The position numbers and the translations under genes are program-made. Below the pieces are notes generated by a model that did no database searches, was not told the origin of the DNA, and was given only the letters and a program-made list of their open reading frames with translations. A stretch of 64,000 bases of DNA, taken from positions 19,654,001 to 19,718,000 of the forward strand of contig OZ024744.1 in assembly GCA_964016885.1 (NCBI GenBank), written 5' to 3'. Positions 43,301-58,700 of this stretch are shown in pieces. How positions within the stretch are numbered: the stretch's first letter is position 1; each line of letters starts with the position of its first letter. Source of the DNA: Eledone cirrhosa. Lineage: Eukaryota.

Positions 43301-46300
43301 CAGAAATGATAAGCTTTCAATGGATTTTAGACTAAAGAAATGTATAGCTTGATAGTGGGGTTTATAACCCTAGGAGAAATGGAAAAAGATGAGTGTTGCC
43401 ATACCTGGGAGTCGAACCCACATCTTTGGTTATCCAGACCACTGTGCTACCATTACACGAATACACATCCCATCTCCTTCCATTCGAATTAGAAGCTATG
43501 AACTTAGCAAGTGAATGATAAACAAGCAAATTATAAACGTAAACATGTAAGTATGTTTTTGAAACGGTGCGCTCTTTTGAAATCAGAAATTAGAAATGAT
43601 AAGCTTTCACCGTATTTTAGACTAAAGAAATGTATAGCTTGATAGTGGGGTTTATAACCCTAGGAGAAATGGAAAAAGATGCGTGTTGCCATACCTGGGA
43701 GTCGAACCCACATCTTTGGTTATCCAGACCACTGTGCTACCATTACACGAATACACATCCCATCTCCTTCCATTCGAATTAGAAGCTATGAACTTAGCAA
43801 GTGAATGATAAACGAGCAAATTATAAACGTAAACATGTAAGTATGTTTTTGAAACGGTGTGCTCGTTTGAAACTAGAAATTAGAAATTATAAGGTTTCAC
43901 CGTATTTTAGACTAAATAAATTAATAGCTTGATAGTGGGGATTATAACCCTCGGAGAAATGGAAAAAGATGAGTGTTGCCATACATGGGAGTCGAACCCA
44001 CATCTTTGGTTATCCAGACCACTGTCCTACCATTAGACCAATACACATCCCATCTCCTTCCATTCGAATTAGAAGCTATGAACTTAGCAAGTGAATGATA
44101 AACAAGCAAATTATAAACGTAAACATGTAAGTATTTTTTTGAAACGGTGCGCGAGTTTGAAATTAGAAATTATAAGCTTTCACCGTATTTTACACTGAAG
44201 AAATTTCTAGCCTGATAGTGGGGTTTATATCCCTCGGAGAAATGGAAAACGATGAGTGTTGCCATACATGGGAGTCGAAACCACACGTTTGGTTATCCAG
44301 ACCACTGTTCTACCATTACATCAATACACATCCCATTCCCTTCCATTCGAAATAGAAGCTACGAACTTAGCAAGTGAATGATAAACAAGCAAATTATAAA
44401 CGTAAACATGTAAGTATGTTTTTGAAACGGTGCGCGAGTTTGAAATTAGAAATTATAAATTATAAGCTTTCACCGTATTTTAGAATAAAGAAATTTATAG
44501 CTTGATAGTGGGGTTTATAACCCTAGGAGAAATGGAAAAAGATGAGTGTTGCCACACATGGGTGTCGAACCCACATATTTTGTTATCCAGACCACTGTGC
44601 TACCATTACACCAATACACATCCCATCTCCTTCCATTCGAATTAGAAGCTATGAACTTAGCAAGTGAATGATAAACAAGCAAATTATAAACGTAAACATG
44701 TAAGTATGTTTTTGAAATGGTGCGAGAGTTTGAAATTAGAAATTAGAAATTATAAGCTTTCTCCGAATTTTAGACTAAAGAAATGTATAGCTTGATAGTG
44801 GGGTTTTATAACCCTCGGAGAAATGGCAAAAAATGAGTGTTGCCATACATGCGAGTCGAAGCCACATATTTGGTTATCCAGACCACTGTGCTACAATTAC
44901 ACCAATACACATCCCTTCTCCTTCCATTCGAATTAGAAGCTATGAACTTAGCAAGTGAATGATAAACAAGCAAATTATAAACGTAAACATGTAAGTATGT
45001 TTTTGAAACGGTGCGCGTGTTTGAAATTAGAAGTCAGAAATGATAAGCTTTCACCGTATTTTAGACTAAAGAAATGTATAGCTTGATAGTGGGGTTTATA
45101 ACCCTAGGAGAAATGGAAAAAGATGCGTGTTGCCATACCTGGGAGTCGAACCCACATCTTTGGTTATCCAGACCACTGTGCTACCATTACACGAATACAC
45201 ATCCCATCTCCTTCCATTCGAATTAGAAGCTATGAACTTAGCAAGTGAATGATAAACGAGCAAATTATAAACGTAAACATGTAAGTATGTTTTTGAAACG
45301 GTGTGCTCCTTTGAAACTAGAAATTAGAAATTATAAGGTTTCAAAGTATTTTAGACTAAATAAATTAATAGCTTGATAGTGGGGATTATAACCCTCGGAG
45401 AAATGGAAAAAGATGAGTGTTGCCATACATGGGAGTCGAACCCACATCTTTGGTTATCCAGACCACTGTCCTACCATTAGACCAATACACATCCCATCTC
45501 CTTCCATTCGAATTAGAAGCTATGAACTTAGCAAGTGAATGATAAACAAGCAAATTATAAACGTAAACATGTAAGTATGTTTTTGAAACGGTGCGCTCGT
45601 TTAAAATAAAAAAATTAGAAATTATAAGCTTTCACCGTATTTTAGAATAAAGAAATTTATAGCTTGATAGTGGGGTTTATAACCCTCGGAGAAATGGAAA
45701 AAGATGAGTGTTGCCACTCATGGGAGTCGAACCCAGATATTTTGTTATCCAGACCACTGTGCTACCATTACACCAATACACATCCCATCTCCTTCCATTC
45801 GAATTAGAAGCTATGAACTTAGCAAGTGAATGATAAACAAGCAAATTATAAACGTAAACATGTAAGTATGTTTTTGAAATGGTGCGAGAGTTTGAAATTA
45901 GAAATTAGAAATTATAGGCTTTCACCGGATTTTAGACTAAAGAAATGTATAGCTTGATAGTGGGGTTTATAACCCTAGGAGAAATGGAAAAAGATGAGTG
46001 TTGCCACACATGGGAGTCGAACCCACATATTTTGTTATCCAGACCACTGTGCTACCATTACACCAATACACATCCCATCTCCTTCCATTCGAATTAGAAG
46101 CTACGAAGTTAGCAAGTGATTGATAAACAAGCAAATTATAAACGTAAACATGTAAGTATGTTTTTGAAACGGTGCGCGAGTTTGAAATTAGAATTTAGAA
46201 ATTATAAGCTTTCACCGGATTTTAGAATAAAGAAATTTATAGCTTGATAGCGGGGTTCATAACCCTCGGAGAAATGGAAAAAGATGAGTGTTGCCACACA

Positions 46301-48700
46301 TGGGCGTCGAACCCACATATTTTGTTATCCAGACCACTGTGCTACCATTACACCAATACACATCCCATCTCCTTCAATTCGAATTAGAAGCTATGAACTT
46401 AGCAAGTGAATGATAAACAAGCAAATTATAAACGTAAACATGTAAGTATTTTTTTGAAACGGTGCGCGAGTTTGAAATTAGAAATTATAAGCTTTCACCG
46501 TATTTTACACTGAAGAAATTTCTAGCCTGATAGTGGGGTTTATATCCCTCGGAGAAATGGAAAACGATGAGTGTTGCCATACATGGGAGTCGAAACCACA
46601 CGTTTGGTTATCCAGACCACTGTTCTACCATTACATCAATACACATCCCATTCCCTTCCATTCGAAATAGAAGCTACGAACTTAGCAAGTGAATGATAAA
46701 CAAGCAAATTATAAACGTAAACATGTAAGTATGTTTTTGAAACGGTGCGCGAGTTTGAAATTAGAAATTATAAATTATAAGCTTTCACCGTATTTTAGAA
46801 TAAAGAAATTTATAGCTTGATAGTGGGGTTTATAACCCTAGGAGAAATGGAAAAAGATGAGTGTTGCCACACATGGGTGTCGAACCCACATATTTTGTTA
46901 TCCAGACCACTGTGCTACCATTACACCAATACACATCCCATCTCCTTCCATTCGAATTAGAAGCTATGAACTTAGCAAGTGAATGATAAACAAGCAAATT
47001 ATAAACGTAAACATGTAAGTATGTTTTTGAAATGGTGCGAGAGTTTGAAATTAGAAATTAGAAATTATAAGCTTTCTCCGAATTTTAGACTAAAGAAATG
47101 TATAGCTTGATAGTGGGGTTTATAACCCTAGGAGAAATGGAAAAAGATGAGTGTTGCCACACATGGGAGTCGAACCCACATATTTTGTTATCCAGACCAC
47201 TGTGCTACCATTACACCAATACACATCCCATCTCCTTCCATTCGAATTAGAAGCTATGAACTTAGCAAGTGAATGATAAACAAGCAAATTATAAACGTAA
47301 ACATGTAAGTATGTTTTTGAAACGGTGCGCGAGTTTGAAATTAGAAATTAGAAATTATAAGCTTTCACCGGATTTTAGAATAAAGAAATTTATAGCTTGA
47401 TAGTTGGGTTTATAACCCTCGGAGAAATGGCAAAAAATGAGTGTTGCCATACATGCGAGTCGAAGCCACATATTTGGTTATCCAGACCACTGTGCTACAA
47501 TTACACCAATACACATCCCTTCTCCTTCCATTCGAATTAGAAGCTATGAACTTAGCAAGTGAATGATAAACAAGCAAATTATAAACGTAAACATGTAAGT
47601 ATGTTTTTGAAACGGTGCGCGTGTTTGAAATTAGAAGTCAGAAATGATAAGCTTTCACCGTATTTTAGACTAAAGAAATGTATAGCTTGATAGTGGGGTT
47701 TATAACCCTAGGAGAAATGGAAAAAGATGCGTGTTGCCATACCTGGGAGTCGAACCCACATCTTTGGTTATCCAGACCACTGTGCTACCATTACACGAAT
47801 ACACATCCCATCTCCTTCCATTCGAATTAGAAGCTATGAACTTAGCAAGTGAATGATAAACGAGCAAATTATAAACGTAAACATGTAAGTATGTTTTTGA
47901 AACGGTGTGCTCCTTTGAAACTAGAAATTAGAAATTATAAGGTTTCACCGTATTTTAGACTAAATAAATTAATAGCTTGATAGTGGGGATTATAACCCTC
48001 GGAGAAATGGAAAAAGATGAGTGTTGCCATACATGGGAGTCGAACCCACATCTTTGGTTATCCAGACCACTGTCCTACCATTAGACCAATACACATCCCA
48101 TCTCCTTCCATTCGAATTAGAAGCTATGAACTTAGCAAGTGAATGATAAACAAGCAAATTATAAACGTAAACATGTAAGTATGTTTTTGAAACGGTGCGC
48201 TCGTTTAAAATAAAAAAATTAGAAATTATAAGCTTTCACCGTATTTTAGAATAAAGAAATTTATAGCTTGATAGTGGGGTTTATAACCCTCGGAGAAATG
48301 GAAAAAGATGAGTGTTGCCACTCATGGGAGTCGAACCCAGATATTTTGTTATCCAGACCACTGTGCTACCATTACACCAATACACATCCCATCTCCTTCC
48401 ATTCGAATTAGAAGCTATGAACTTAGCAAGTGAATGATAAACAAGCAAATTATAAACGTAAACATGTAAGTATGTTTTTGAAATGGTGCGAGAGTTTGAA
48501 ATTAGAAATTAGAAATTATAGGCTTTCACCGGATTTTAGACTAAAGAAATGTATAGCTTGATAGTGGGGTTTATAACCCTAGGAGAAATGGAAAAAGATG
48601 AGTGTTGCCACACATGGGAGTCGAACCCACATATTTTGTTATCCAGACCACTGTGCTACCATTACACCAATACACATCCCATCTCCTTCCATTCGAATTA
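28400..48700. repeat. Near-identical tandem duplication of 10,122 bp (35 monomers)
   Basis: Private variants recur at exactly +10,122: the ggaaagagatga...gtctaaccc monomer at 31521/41643, ORFs at 32380/42502, and ctataaac at 28461/38583. Confidence 0.93.
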
Positions 48701-49799
48701 GAAGCTACGAAGTTAGCAAGTGATTGATAAACAAGCAAATTATAAACGTAAACATGTAAGTATGTTTTTGAAACGGTGCGCGAGTTTGAAATTAGAATTT
48801 AGAAATTATAAGCTTTCACCGGATTTTAGAATAAAGAAATTTATAGCTTGATAGCGGGGTTCATAACCCTCGGGGAAATGGAAAAAGATGAGTGTTGCCA
48901 CACATGGGCGTCGAACCCACATATTTTGTTATCCAGACCACTGTGCTACCATTACACCAATACACATCCCATCTCCTTCAATTCGAATTAGAAGCTATGA
49001 ACTTAGCAAGTGAATGATAAACAAGCAAATTATAAACGTAAACATGTAAGTATTTTTTTGAAACGGTGCGCGAGTTTGAAATTAGAAATTATAAGCTTTC
49101 ACCGTATTTTACACTGAAGAAATTTCTAGCCTGATAGTGGGGTTTATATCCCTCGGAGAAATGGAAAACGATGAGTGTTGCCATACATGGGAGTCGAAAC
49201 CACACGTTTGGTTATCCAGACCACTGTTCTACCATTACATCAATACACATCCCATTCCCTTCCATTCGAAATAGAAGCTACGAACTTAGCAAGTGAATGA
49301 TAAACAAGCAAATTATAAACGTAAACATGTAAGTATGTTTTTGAAACGGTGCGCGAGTTTGAAATTAGAAATTAGAAATTATAAGGTTTCACCGTATTTT
49401 AGAATAAAGAAATTTATAGCTTGATAGTGGGGTATATAACCCTCGGAGGAATGGAAAACGATGAGTGTTGCCATACATGGGATTCGAACACACACCTTGG
49501 TTATCCAGACCACTGTATTACCATTACACCAATACACATCCCATTTACTTCCATTCGAATATAGAAGCTATGAACTTAGCAAGTGAATGATAAACAAGCA
49601 AATTATAAACGTAAACATGTAAGTATTTTTTTGAAACGGTGCGCGAGTTTGAAATTAGAAATTAAAAATTATAAGCTTTCACCGTATTTTAGACTAAAGA
49701 AATGTATAGCTTGATAGTGGGGTTTATAACCCTCGGGGAAATGGCAAAAAAAGAGTGTTGCCATACATGGGAGTCGAAGCCACATATTTGGTTATCCAG

Positions 49800-52700
49800 A
49801 CCACTGTGCTACAATTACACCAATACACATCCCTTCTCCTTCCATTCGAATTAGAAGCTATGAACTTAGCAAGTGAATGATAAACAAGCAAATTATAAAC
49901 GTAAACATGTAAGTATGTTTTTGAAACGGTGCACGAGTTTGAAATTAGAAATTAGAAATTATAAGCTCTCACCGGATTTTAGACTAAAGAAATGTATAGC
50001 TTGATAGTTGGGTTTATAACCCTAGGAGAAATGGAAAAAGATGCGTGTTGCCATACCTGGGAGTCGAACCCACATCTTTGGTTATGCAGACCACTGTGCT
50101 ACCATTACACGAATACACATCCCATCTCCTTCCATTCGAATTAGAAGCTACGAAGTTAGCAAGTGAATGATAAACAAGCAAATTATAAACGTAAACATGT
50201 AAGTATGTTTTTGAAACGGTGTGCTCGTTTGAAACTAGAAATTAGAAATTATAAGGTTTCACCGTATTTTAGACTAAATAAATTCATAGCTTGATAGTGG
50301 GGATTATAACCCTGGGAGAAATGGAAAAAGATGAGTGTTGCCACACATGGGAGTCGAACCCACATATTTTGTTATCCAGACCACTGTGCTACCATTACAC
50401 CAATACACATCCCATCTCCTTCCATTCGAATTAGAAGCTATGAACTTAGCAAGTGAATGATAAACAAGCAAATTATAAACGTAAACATGTAAGTATGTTT
50501 TTGAAACGGTGCGCGAGTTTGAAATTAGAAATTAGAAATTATAAGCTTTCACCGGATTTTAGAATAAAGAAATTTATAGCTTGATAATGGGGTTCATAAC
50601 CCTCGGAGAAATCGAAAAAGATGAGTGTTGCCACACATGGGAGTCGAACCCACATATTTTGTTATCCAGACCACTGTGCTACCATTACACCAATACACAT
50701 CCCATCTCCTTCCATTCGAATTAGAAGCTATGAACTTAGCAAGTGAATGATAAACAAGCAAATTATAAACGTAAACATGTAAGTATGTTTTTGAAACGGT
50801 GCGCGAGTTTGAAATTAGAAATTAGATATTATACGCTTTCACCTGATTTTAGACTAAAGAAATGTATAGCTTGATAGTGGGGTTTATAACCCTAGGAGAA
50901 ATGGAAAAATATGAGTGTTGCCATACATGGGTGTCGAACCCACATATTTGGTTATCCAGACCACTGTGCTACCATTACACCAATACACATCCCATCTCCT
51001 TCCATTCGAATTAGAAGCTATGAACTTAGCTAGTGAATGATAAACGAGCAAATTATAAACGTAAACATGCAAGTATGTTTTTGAAACGGTGCACGAGTTT
51101 GAAATTAGAAATTAGAAATTATAAGCTTTCACCGTATTTTAGACTAAGGAAATTTATAGCTTGATAGTGGGGATTATAATTCTACGAGAAATTGAAAAAG
51201 ATGAGGGTTGCCATACATGGGAGTCGAAACGACATATTTGGTTATCCAGACCACTGTGCTACCATTACACCAATACACATCCCATCTCCTTCCATTCGAA
51301 TTAGAAGCTACGAACTTAGCTAGTGAATGATAAACGAGCAAATTATAAACGTAAACATGTAAGTATGTTTTTGAAACGGTGTGCTCGTTTGAAACTAGAA
51401 ATTAGAAATTATAAGGTTTCAGGGTATTTTAGACTAAATAAATTTATAGCTTGATAGTGGGGATTATAACCCTCGGAGAAATGGAAAAAGATGAGTGTTG
51501 CCATACATGGGAGTCGAACCCACATCTTTGGTTATCCAGACCACTGTGCTACCATTACACCAATACACATCCCATCTCCTTCCATTCGAATTAGAAGCTA
51601 TGAACTTAGCAAGTGAATGATAAACGAGCAAATTATAAACGTAAACATGTAAGTATTTTTTTGAAACGGTGCGCGAGTTTGAAATTAGAAATTATACGCT
51701 TTCACCCTATTTCACACTAAAGAAATTTCTAGCCTGATAGTGGGGTTTATATCCCTCGGAGAAATGGAAAACGATGAGTGTTGCCATACATGGGAGTCGA
51801 AACCACACGTTTGGTTATCCAGACCACTGTTCTACCATTACATCAATACACATCCCATTCCCTTCCATTCGAAATATAAGCTACGAACTTAGCAAGTGAA
51901 TGATAAACAAGCAAATTATAAACGTAAACATGTAAGTATGTTTTTGAAACGGTGCGCGAGTTTGAAATTAGAAATTAGAAATTATAAGCTTTCACCGTAT
52001 TTTAGAATAAAGAAATTTATAGCTTGATAGTGGGGTTTATAACACTCGGAGAAATGGAAAACGATGAGTGTTGCCATACATGGGAGTCGAAGCCACATAT
52101 TTGGTTATCCTGACCACTGTGCTACCATTACACCAATACACATCCCTTTTCCTTCCATTCGAATAGAAGCTATGAACTTAGCAAGTGAACGATAAACAAG
52201 CAAATTATAAACGTAAACATGTAAGTATGTTTTTGAAACGGTGCGCGAGTTTGAAATTAGAAATTAGAAATTATAAGCTTTCACCGTATATTAGAATAAA
52301 GAAATTTGTAGCTTGATAGTGGGGTTTATAACCCTCGGAGAAATGGAAAAAGATGAGTGTTGTCATACATGGGAGTCGAACCCACATCTTTGGTTATCCA
52401 GTCCACTGTCCTACCATTAGACCAATACACATCCCATCTTCTTCCATTCGAATTAGAAGCTATGAACTTAGCAAGTGAATGATAAACAAGCAAATTATAA
52501 ACGTAAACATGTAAGTTACTTTTTGAAACGGTGCGTGAGTTTGAAATTAGAAATTAGAAATTATAAGCTTTCACAGGATTTTAGAATAAAGAAATGTATA
52601 GCTTGATACAGGGGTTTATAACCCTAGGAGAAATGGAAAAAGGTGAGTGTTGCCACACATGGGAGTCGAACCCACATATTTTGTTATCCAGACTACAGAG

Positions 52701-55700
52701 CTACCATTACTCCAATACACATCCCATCTCCTTCCATTCGAAATAGAAGCTATGATCTTAGCAAGTGAATGATAAAGAAGCAAATTATAAACGTAAACAT
52801 GTAAGTATGTTTTTGAAACGGTGCGCTCGTTTGAAATTAGAAATTAGAAATTATAAACTTTCACCGTATTTTAGACTAAAGAAATTTATAGCTTGATAGT
52901 GTGGATTATAACCCTCGGAGAAATGGAAAAAGGTGAGTGTTGCCATACCTGGGAGTCGAACCCACATCTTTGGTTATCCAGACCACTGTGCTACCATTAG
53001 ACCAATACACATCCCATCTCCATCCATTCGAATTAGAAGCTATGAACTTAGCAAGTGAATGATAAACAAGCAAATTATAAACGTAAACATGTAAGTATGT
53101 TTTTGAAACGGTGCGCGAGTTTGAAAGTAGAAATTAGATATTATACGCTTTCACCTGATTTTAGACTAAAGAAATGTATAGCTTGATAGTGGGGTTTATA
53201 ACCCTAGGAGAAATGGAAAAATATGAGTGTTGCCATACATGGGAGTCGAACCCACATATTTGGTTATCCAGACCACTGTGCTACCATGACACGAATACAC
53301 ATCCCATCTCCTTGCATTCGAATTAGAAGCTACGAAGTTAGCAAGTGAATGATAAACAAGCAAATTATAAACGTAAACATGTAAGTATGTTTTTGAAACG
53401 GTGCGCGAGTTTGAAATTAGAAATTAGAAATTATAAGCTTTCACCGTATTTTAGAAGAAAGAAATGTATATCTTGATAGTGGGGTTTATAACCCTCGGAG
53501 AAATGGAAAAAGATGTGTGTTGCCATACCTGGAAGTCGAACCCACATCTTTGGTTATCCAGTCCACTGTGCTACCATTACACCAATACACATCCCTTCTC
53601 CTTCCATTCGAATTAGAAGCTATGAACTTAGCAAGTGAATGATAAACAAGCAAATTATAAACGTAAACATGTAAGTATGTTTTTGAAACGGTGCGCGAGT
53701 TTGAAATTAGAAGTTAGAAATTATAAGCTTTCACCGGATTTTAGACTAAAGAAATTTATAGCTTGATAGTGGGGTTCATAACCCTCGGAAAAATGGAAAA
53801 CGATGAGTGTTGCCACACATGGGAGTCGAACCTACATATTTGGTTATCCAGACCACTGTGCTACCATTACACCAATACACATCCCTTCTCCTTCCATTCG
53901 AATTAGAAGCTATGAAGTTAGTAAGTGAATGATAAACAAGCAAATTATAAACGTAAACATGTAAAAATGTTATTGAAACGGTGCGCGAGTTTGAAATTAG
54001 AAATTAGAAATTATAAGCTTTCACCGTATTTTAGACTAAAGAAATTTCTAGCTTGATAGTGGGGATTATAACCTTCGGAGAAATGGAAAAAAATGAGTGT
54101 TGCCATACATGGGAGTCGAACCCACCTATTTCGTTATCCAGACCATTGTGCTACCATTACACGAATACACATCCCATCTCCTTGCATTCGAATTAGAAGC
54201 TACGAAGTTAGCAAGTGAATGATAAACAAGCAAATTATAAACGTAAACATGTATGTTTTTGAAACGGTGCGCGAGTTTGAAATTAGAAATTAGAAATTAT
54301 AAGCTTTCACCGTATTTTAGAATAAAGAAATTTATAGCTTGATAGTGGGGTTTATAACACTCGGAGAAATGGAAAACGATGAGTGTTGCCATACATGGGA
54401 GTCGAAGCCACATATTTGGTTATCCAGACCACTGTGCTACCATTACACCAATACACATCCCTTTTCCTTCCATTCGAATAGAAGCTATGAACTTAGCAAG
54501 TGAATGATAAACAAGCAAATTATAAACGTAAACATGTAAGTATGTTTTTGAAACGGTGCGCGAGTTTGAAATTAGAAATTAGAAATTATAAGCTTTCACC
54601 GTATATTAGAATAAAGAAATTTGTAGCTTGATAGTGGGGTTTATAACCCTCGGAGAAATGGAAAAAGATGAGTGTTGCCATACATGGGAGTCGAACCCAC
54701 ATCTTTGGTTATCCAGTCCACTGTCCTACCATTAGACCAATACACATCCCATCTTCTTCCATTCGAATTAGAAGCTATGAACTTAGCAAGTGAATGATAA
54801 ACAAGCAAATTATAAACGTAAACATGTAAGTTACTTTTTAAAACGGTGCGTGAGTTTGAAATTAGAAATTAGAAATTATAAGCTTTCACAGGATTTTAGA
54901 ATAAAGAAATGTATAGCTTGATAATGGGGATTATAACCCTCGGAGAAATGGAAAAAGATGAGTGTTGCCATACATGGGAGTCGAACCCACACGTTTGGTT
55001 ATCCAGACCACTGAGCTACCATTACATCAATACACATCCCATTTCCTTCCATTCGAAATAGAAGCTACGAACTTAGCAAGTGAATGATAAACAAGCAAAT
55101 TATATACTTATACATGTAAGTATATTTTTGAAACGGTGCGTGAGTTTGAAATAAGAAATTAGAAATTATAAGCTCTCACCGTATTTGAGACTAAAGAAAT
55201 TTATAGCCTGATAATGGGGATTATAACCCTCGGAGAAATGGAAAAAGATGAGTGTTGCCATACATGGGAGTCGAACCCACATCTTTGGTTATCCAGACCA
55301 ATGTCCTACCATTACATCAATACACATCCCATTTCCTTCCATTCGAAATAGAAGCTACGAAGTTAGCAAGTGAATAATAAACAAGCAAATTATAAACGTA
55401 AACATGTAAGTATTTTTTTGAAACGGTGCACGATTTTGAAATTAAAAATGAGAAATTATAAGCTTTCACCGTATTTTAAACTAAAGAAATTTATAGCCTG
55501 ATTTATATCCCTCGGAAAATGGGAAACGATCAGTGTTGCCATACATGTGAGTCGCACACACACCTTTGGTTATCCAGACCACTGTGCTACCTATTACATC
55601 AATACACATCCCTTCTCCTTCCATTCGAATTAGAAGCTATGAACTTAGCAAGTGAATGATAAACAAGCAAATTATAAACGTAAACATGTAAGTATGTTTT

Positions 55701-58700
55701 TGAAACGGTGCACGAGTTTGAAATTAGAAATTAGAAATTATAAGCTCTCACCGGATTTTAGACTAAAGAAATGTATAGCTTGATAGTGGGGTTTATAACC
55801 CTAGGAGAAATGGAAAAAGATGCGTGTTGCCATACCTGGGAGTCGAACCCACATCTTTGGTTATGCAGACCACTGTGCTACCATTACACGAATACACATC
55901 CCATCTCCTTCCATTCGAATTAGAAGCTACGAAGTTAGCAAGTGAATGATAAACAAGCAAATTATAAACGTAAACATGTAAGTATGTTTTTGAAACGGTG
56001 TGCTCGTTTGAAACTAGAAATTAGAAATTATAAGGTTTCACCGTATTTTAGACTAAATAAATTCATAGCTTGATAGTGGGGATTATAACCCTCGGAGAAA
56101 TGGAAAAAGATGAGTGTTGCCACACATGGGAGTCGAACCCACATATTTTGTTATCCAGACCACTGTGCTACCATTACACCAATACACATCCCATCTCCTT
56201 CCATTCGAATTAGAAGCTATGAACTTAGCAAGTGAATGATAAACAAGCAAATTATAAACGTAAACATGTAAGTATGTTTTTGAAACGGTGCGCGAGTTTG
56301 AAATTAGAAATTAGAAATTATAAGCTTTCACCGGATTTTAGAATAAAGAAATTTATAGCTTGATAATGGGGTTCATAACCCTCGGAGAAATCGAAAAAGA
56401 TGAGTGTTGCCACACATGGGAGTCGAACCCACATATTTTGTTATCCAGACCACTGTGCTACCATTACACCAATACACATCCCATCTCCTTCCATTCGAAT
56501 TAGAAGCTATGAACTTAGCAAGTGAATGATAAACAAGCAAATTATAAACGTAAACATGTAAGTATGTTTTTGAAACGGTGCGCGAGTTTGAAATTAGAAA
56601 TTAGATATTATACGCTTTCACCTGATTTTAGACTAAAGAAATGTATAGCTTGATAGTGGGGTTTATAACCCTAGGAGAAATGGAAAAATATGAGTGTTGC
56701 CATACATGGGTGTCGAACCCACATATTTGGTTATCCAGACCACTGTGCTACCATTACACCAATACACATCCCATCTCCTTCCATTCGAATTAGAAGCTAT
56801 GAACTTAGCTAGTGAATGATAAACGAGCAAATTATAAACGTAAACATGCAAGTATGTTTTTGAAACGGTGCACGAGTTTGAAATTAGAAATTAGAAATTA
56901 TAAGCTCTCACCGGATTTTAGACTAAAGAAATGTATAGCTTGATTGTGGGGTTTATAACCCGAGTGGAAATGGAAAAAGATGCGTGTTGCCATACCTGGG
57001 AGTCGAACCCACATCTTTGGTTATCCAGACCACTGGGCTACCATTACACGAATACACATCCCATCTCCTTCCATTCGAATTAGAAGCTACGAAGTTAGCA
57101 AGTGAATGATACACAAGCAAATTATAAACGTAAACATGTAAGTATGTTTTTGAAACGGTGCACGAGTTTGAAAGTAGAAATTAGAAATTATAAGCTCTCA
57201 CCGGATTTTAGACTAAAGAAATGTATAGCTTAATAGTGGGGTTTATAACCCTCGGAGAAATGGAAAAAGAAGAGTGTTGCCATACATGGGAGTCGAACCT
57301 ACATATTTGGTTATCCAAACCACTGTCCTTCCATTACAGCAATGCACATCCCATCTCCTTCCATTCGAATTAGAAGCTATGAACTTAGCAAGTGAATGAT
57401 AAACGAGCAAATTATAAACGTAAACATGTAAGTATGTTTTTGAAACGGTGCGCTCGTTTGAAATTAGAAATTAGAAATTATAAGCTTTCACCGTATTTTA
57501 GACTAAGGAAATTTATAGCTTGATAGTGGGGATTATAATTCTCCGAGAAATTGAAAAAGATGAGGGTTGCCATACATGGGAGTCGAAACGACATATTTGG
57601 TTATCCAGACCACTGTGCTACCATTACACCAATACACATCCCATCTCCTTCCATTCGAATTAGAAGCTACGAACTTAGCTAGTGAATGATAAACGAGCAA
57701 ATTATAAACGTAAACATGTAAGTATGTTTTTGAAACGGTGTGCTCGTTTGAAACTAGAAATTAGAAATTATAAGGTTTCAGGGTATTTTAGACTAAATAA
57801 ATTTATAGCTTGATAGTGGGGATTATAACCCTCGGAGAAATGGAAAAAGATGAGTGTTGCCATACATGGGAGTCGAACCCACATCTTTGGTTATCCAGAC
57901 CACTGTGCTACCATTACACCAATACACATCCCATCTCCTTCCATTCGAATTAGAAGCTATGAACTTAGCAAGTGAATGATAAACGAGCAAATTATAAACG
58001 TAAACATGTAAGTATTTTTTTGAAACGGTGCGCGAGTTTGAAATTAGAAATTATACGCTTTCACCCTATTTCACACTAAAGAAATTTCTAGCCTGATAGT
58101 GGGGTTTATATCCCTCGGAGAAATGGAAAACGATGAGTGTTGCCATACATGGGAGTCGAAACCACACGTTTGGTTATCCAGACCACTGTTCTACCATTAC
58201 ATCAATACACATCCCATTCCCTTCCATTCGAAATATAAGCTACGAACTTAGCAAGTGAATGATAAACAAGCAAATTATAAACGTAAACATGTAAGTATGT
58301 TTTTGAAACGGTGCGCGAGTTTGAAATTAGAAATTAGAAATTATAAGCTTTCACCGTATTTTAGAATAAAGAAATTTATAGCTTGATAGTGGGGTTTATA
58401 ACACTCGGAGAAATGGAAAACGATGAGTGTTGCCATACATGGGAGTCGAAGCCACATATTTGGTTATCCTGACCACTGTGCTACCATTACACCAATACAC
58501 ATCCCTTTTCCTTCCATTCGAATAGAAGCTATGAACTTAGCAAGTGAACGATAAACAAGCAAATTATAAACGTAAACATGTAAGTATGTTTTTGAAACGG
58601 TGCGCGAGTTTGAAATTAGAAATTAGAAATTATAAGCTTTCACAGGATTTTAGAATAAAGAAATGTATAGCTTGATACAGGGGTTTATAACCCTAGGAGA

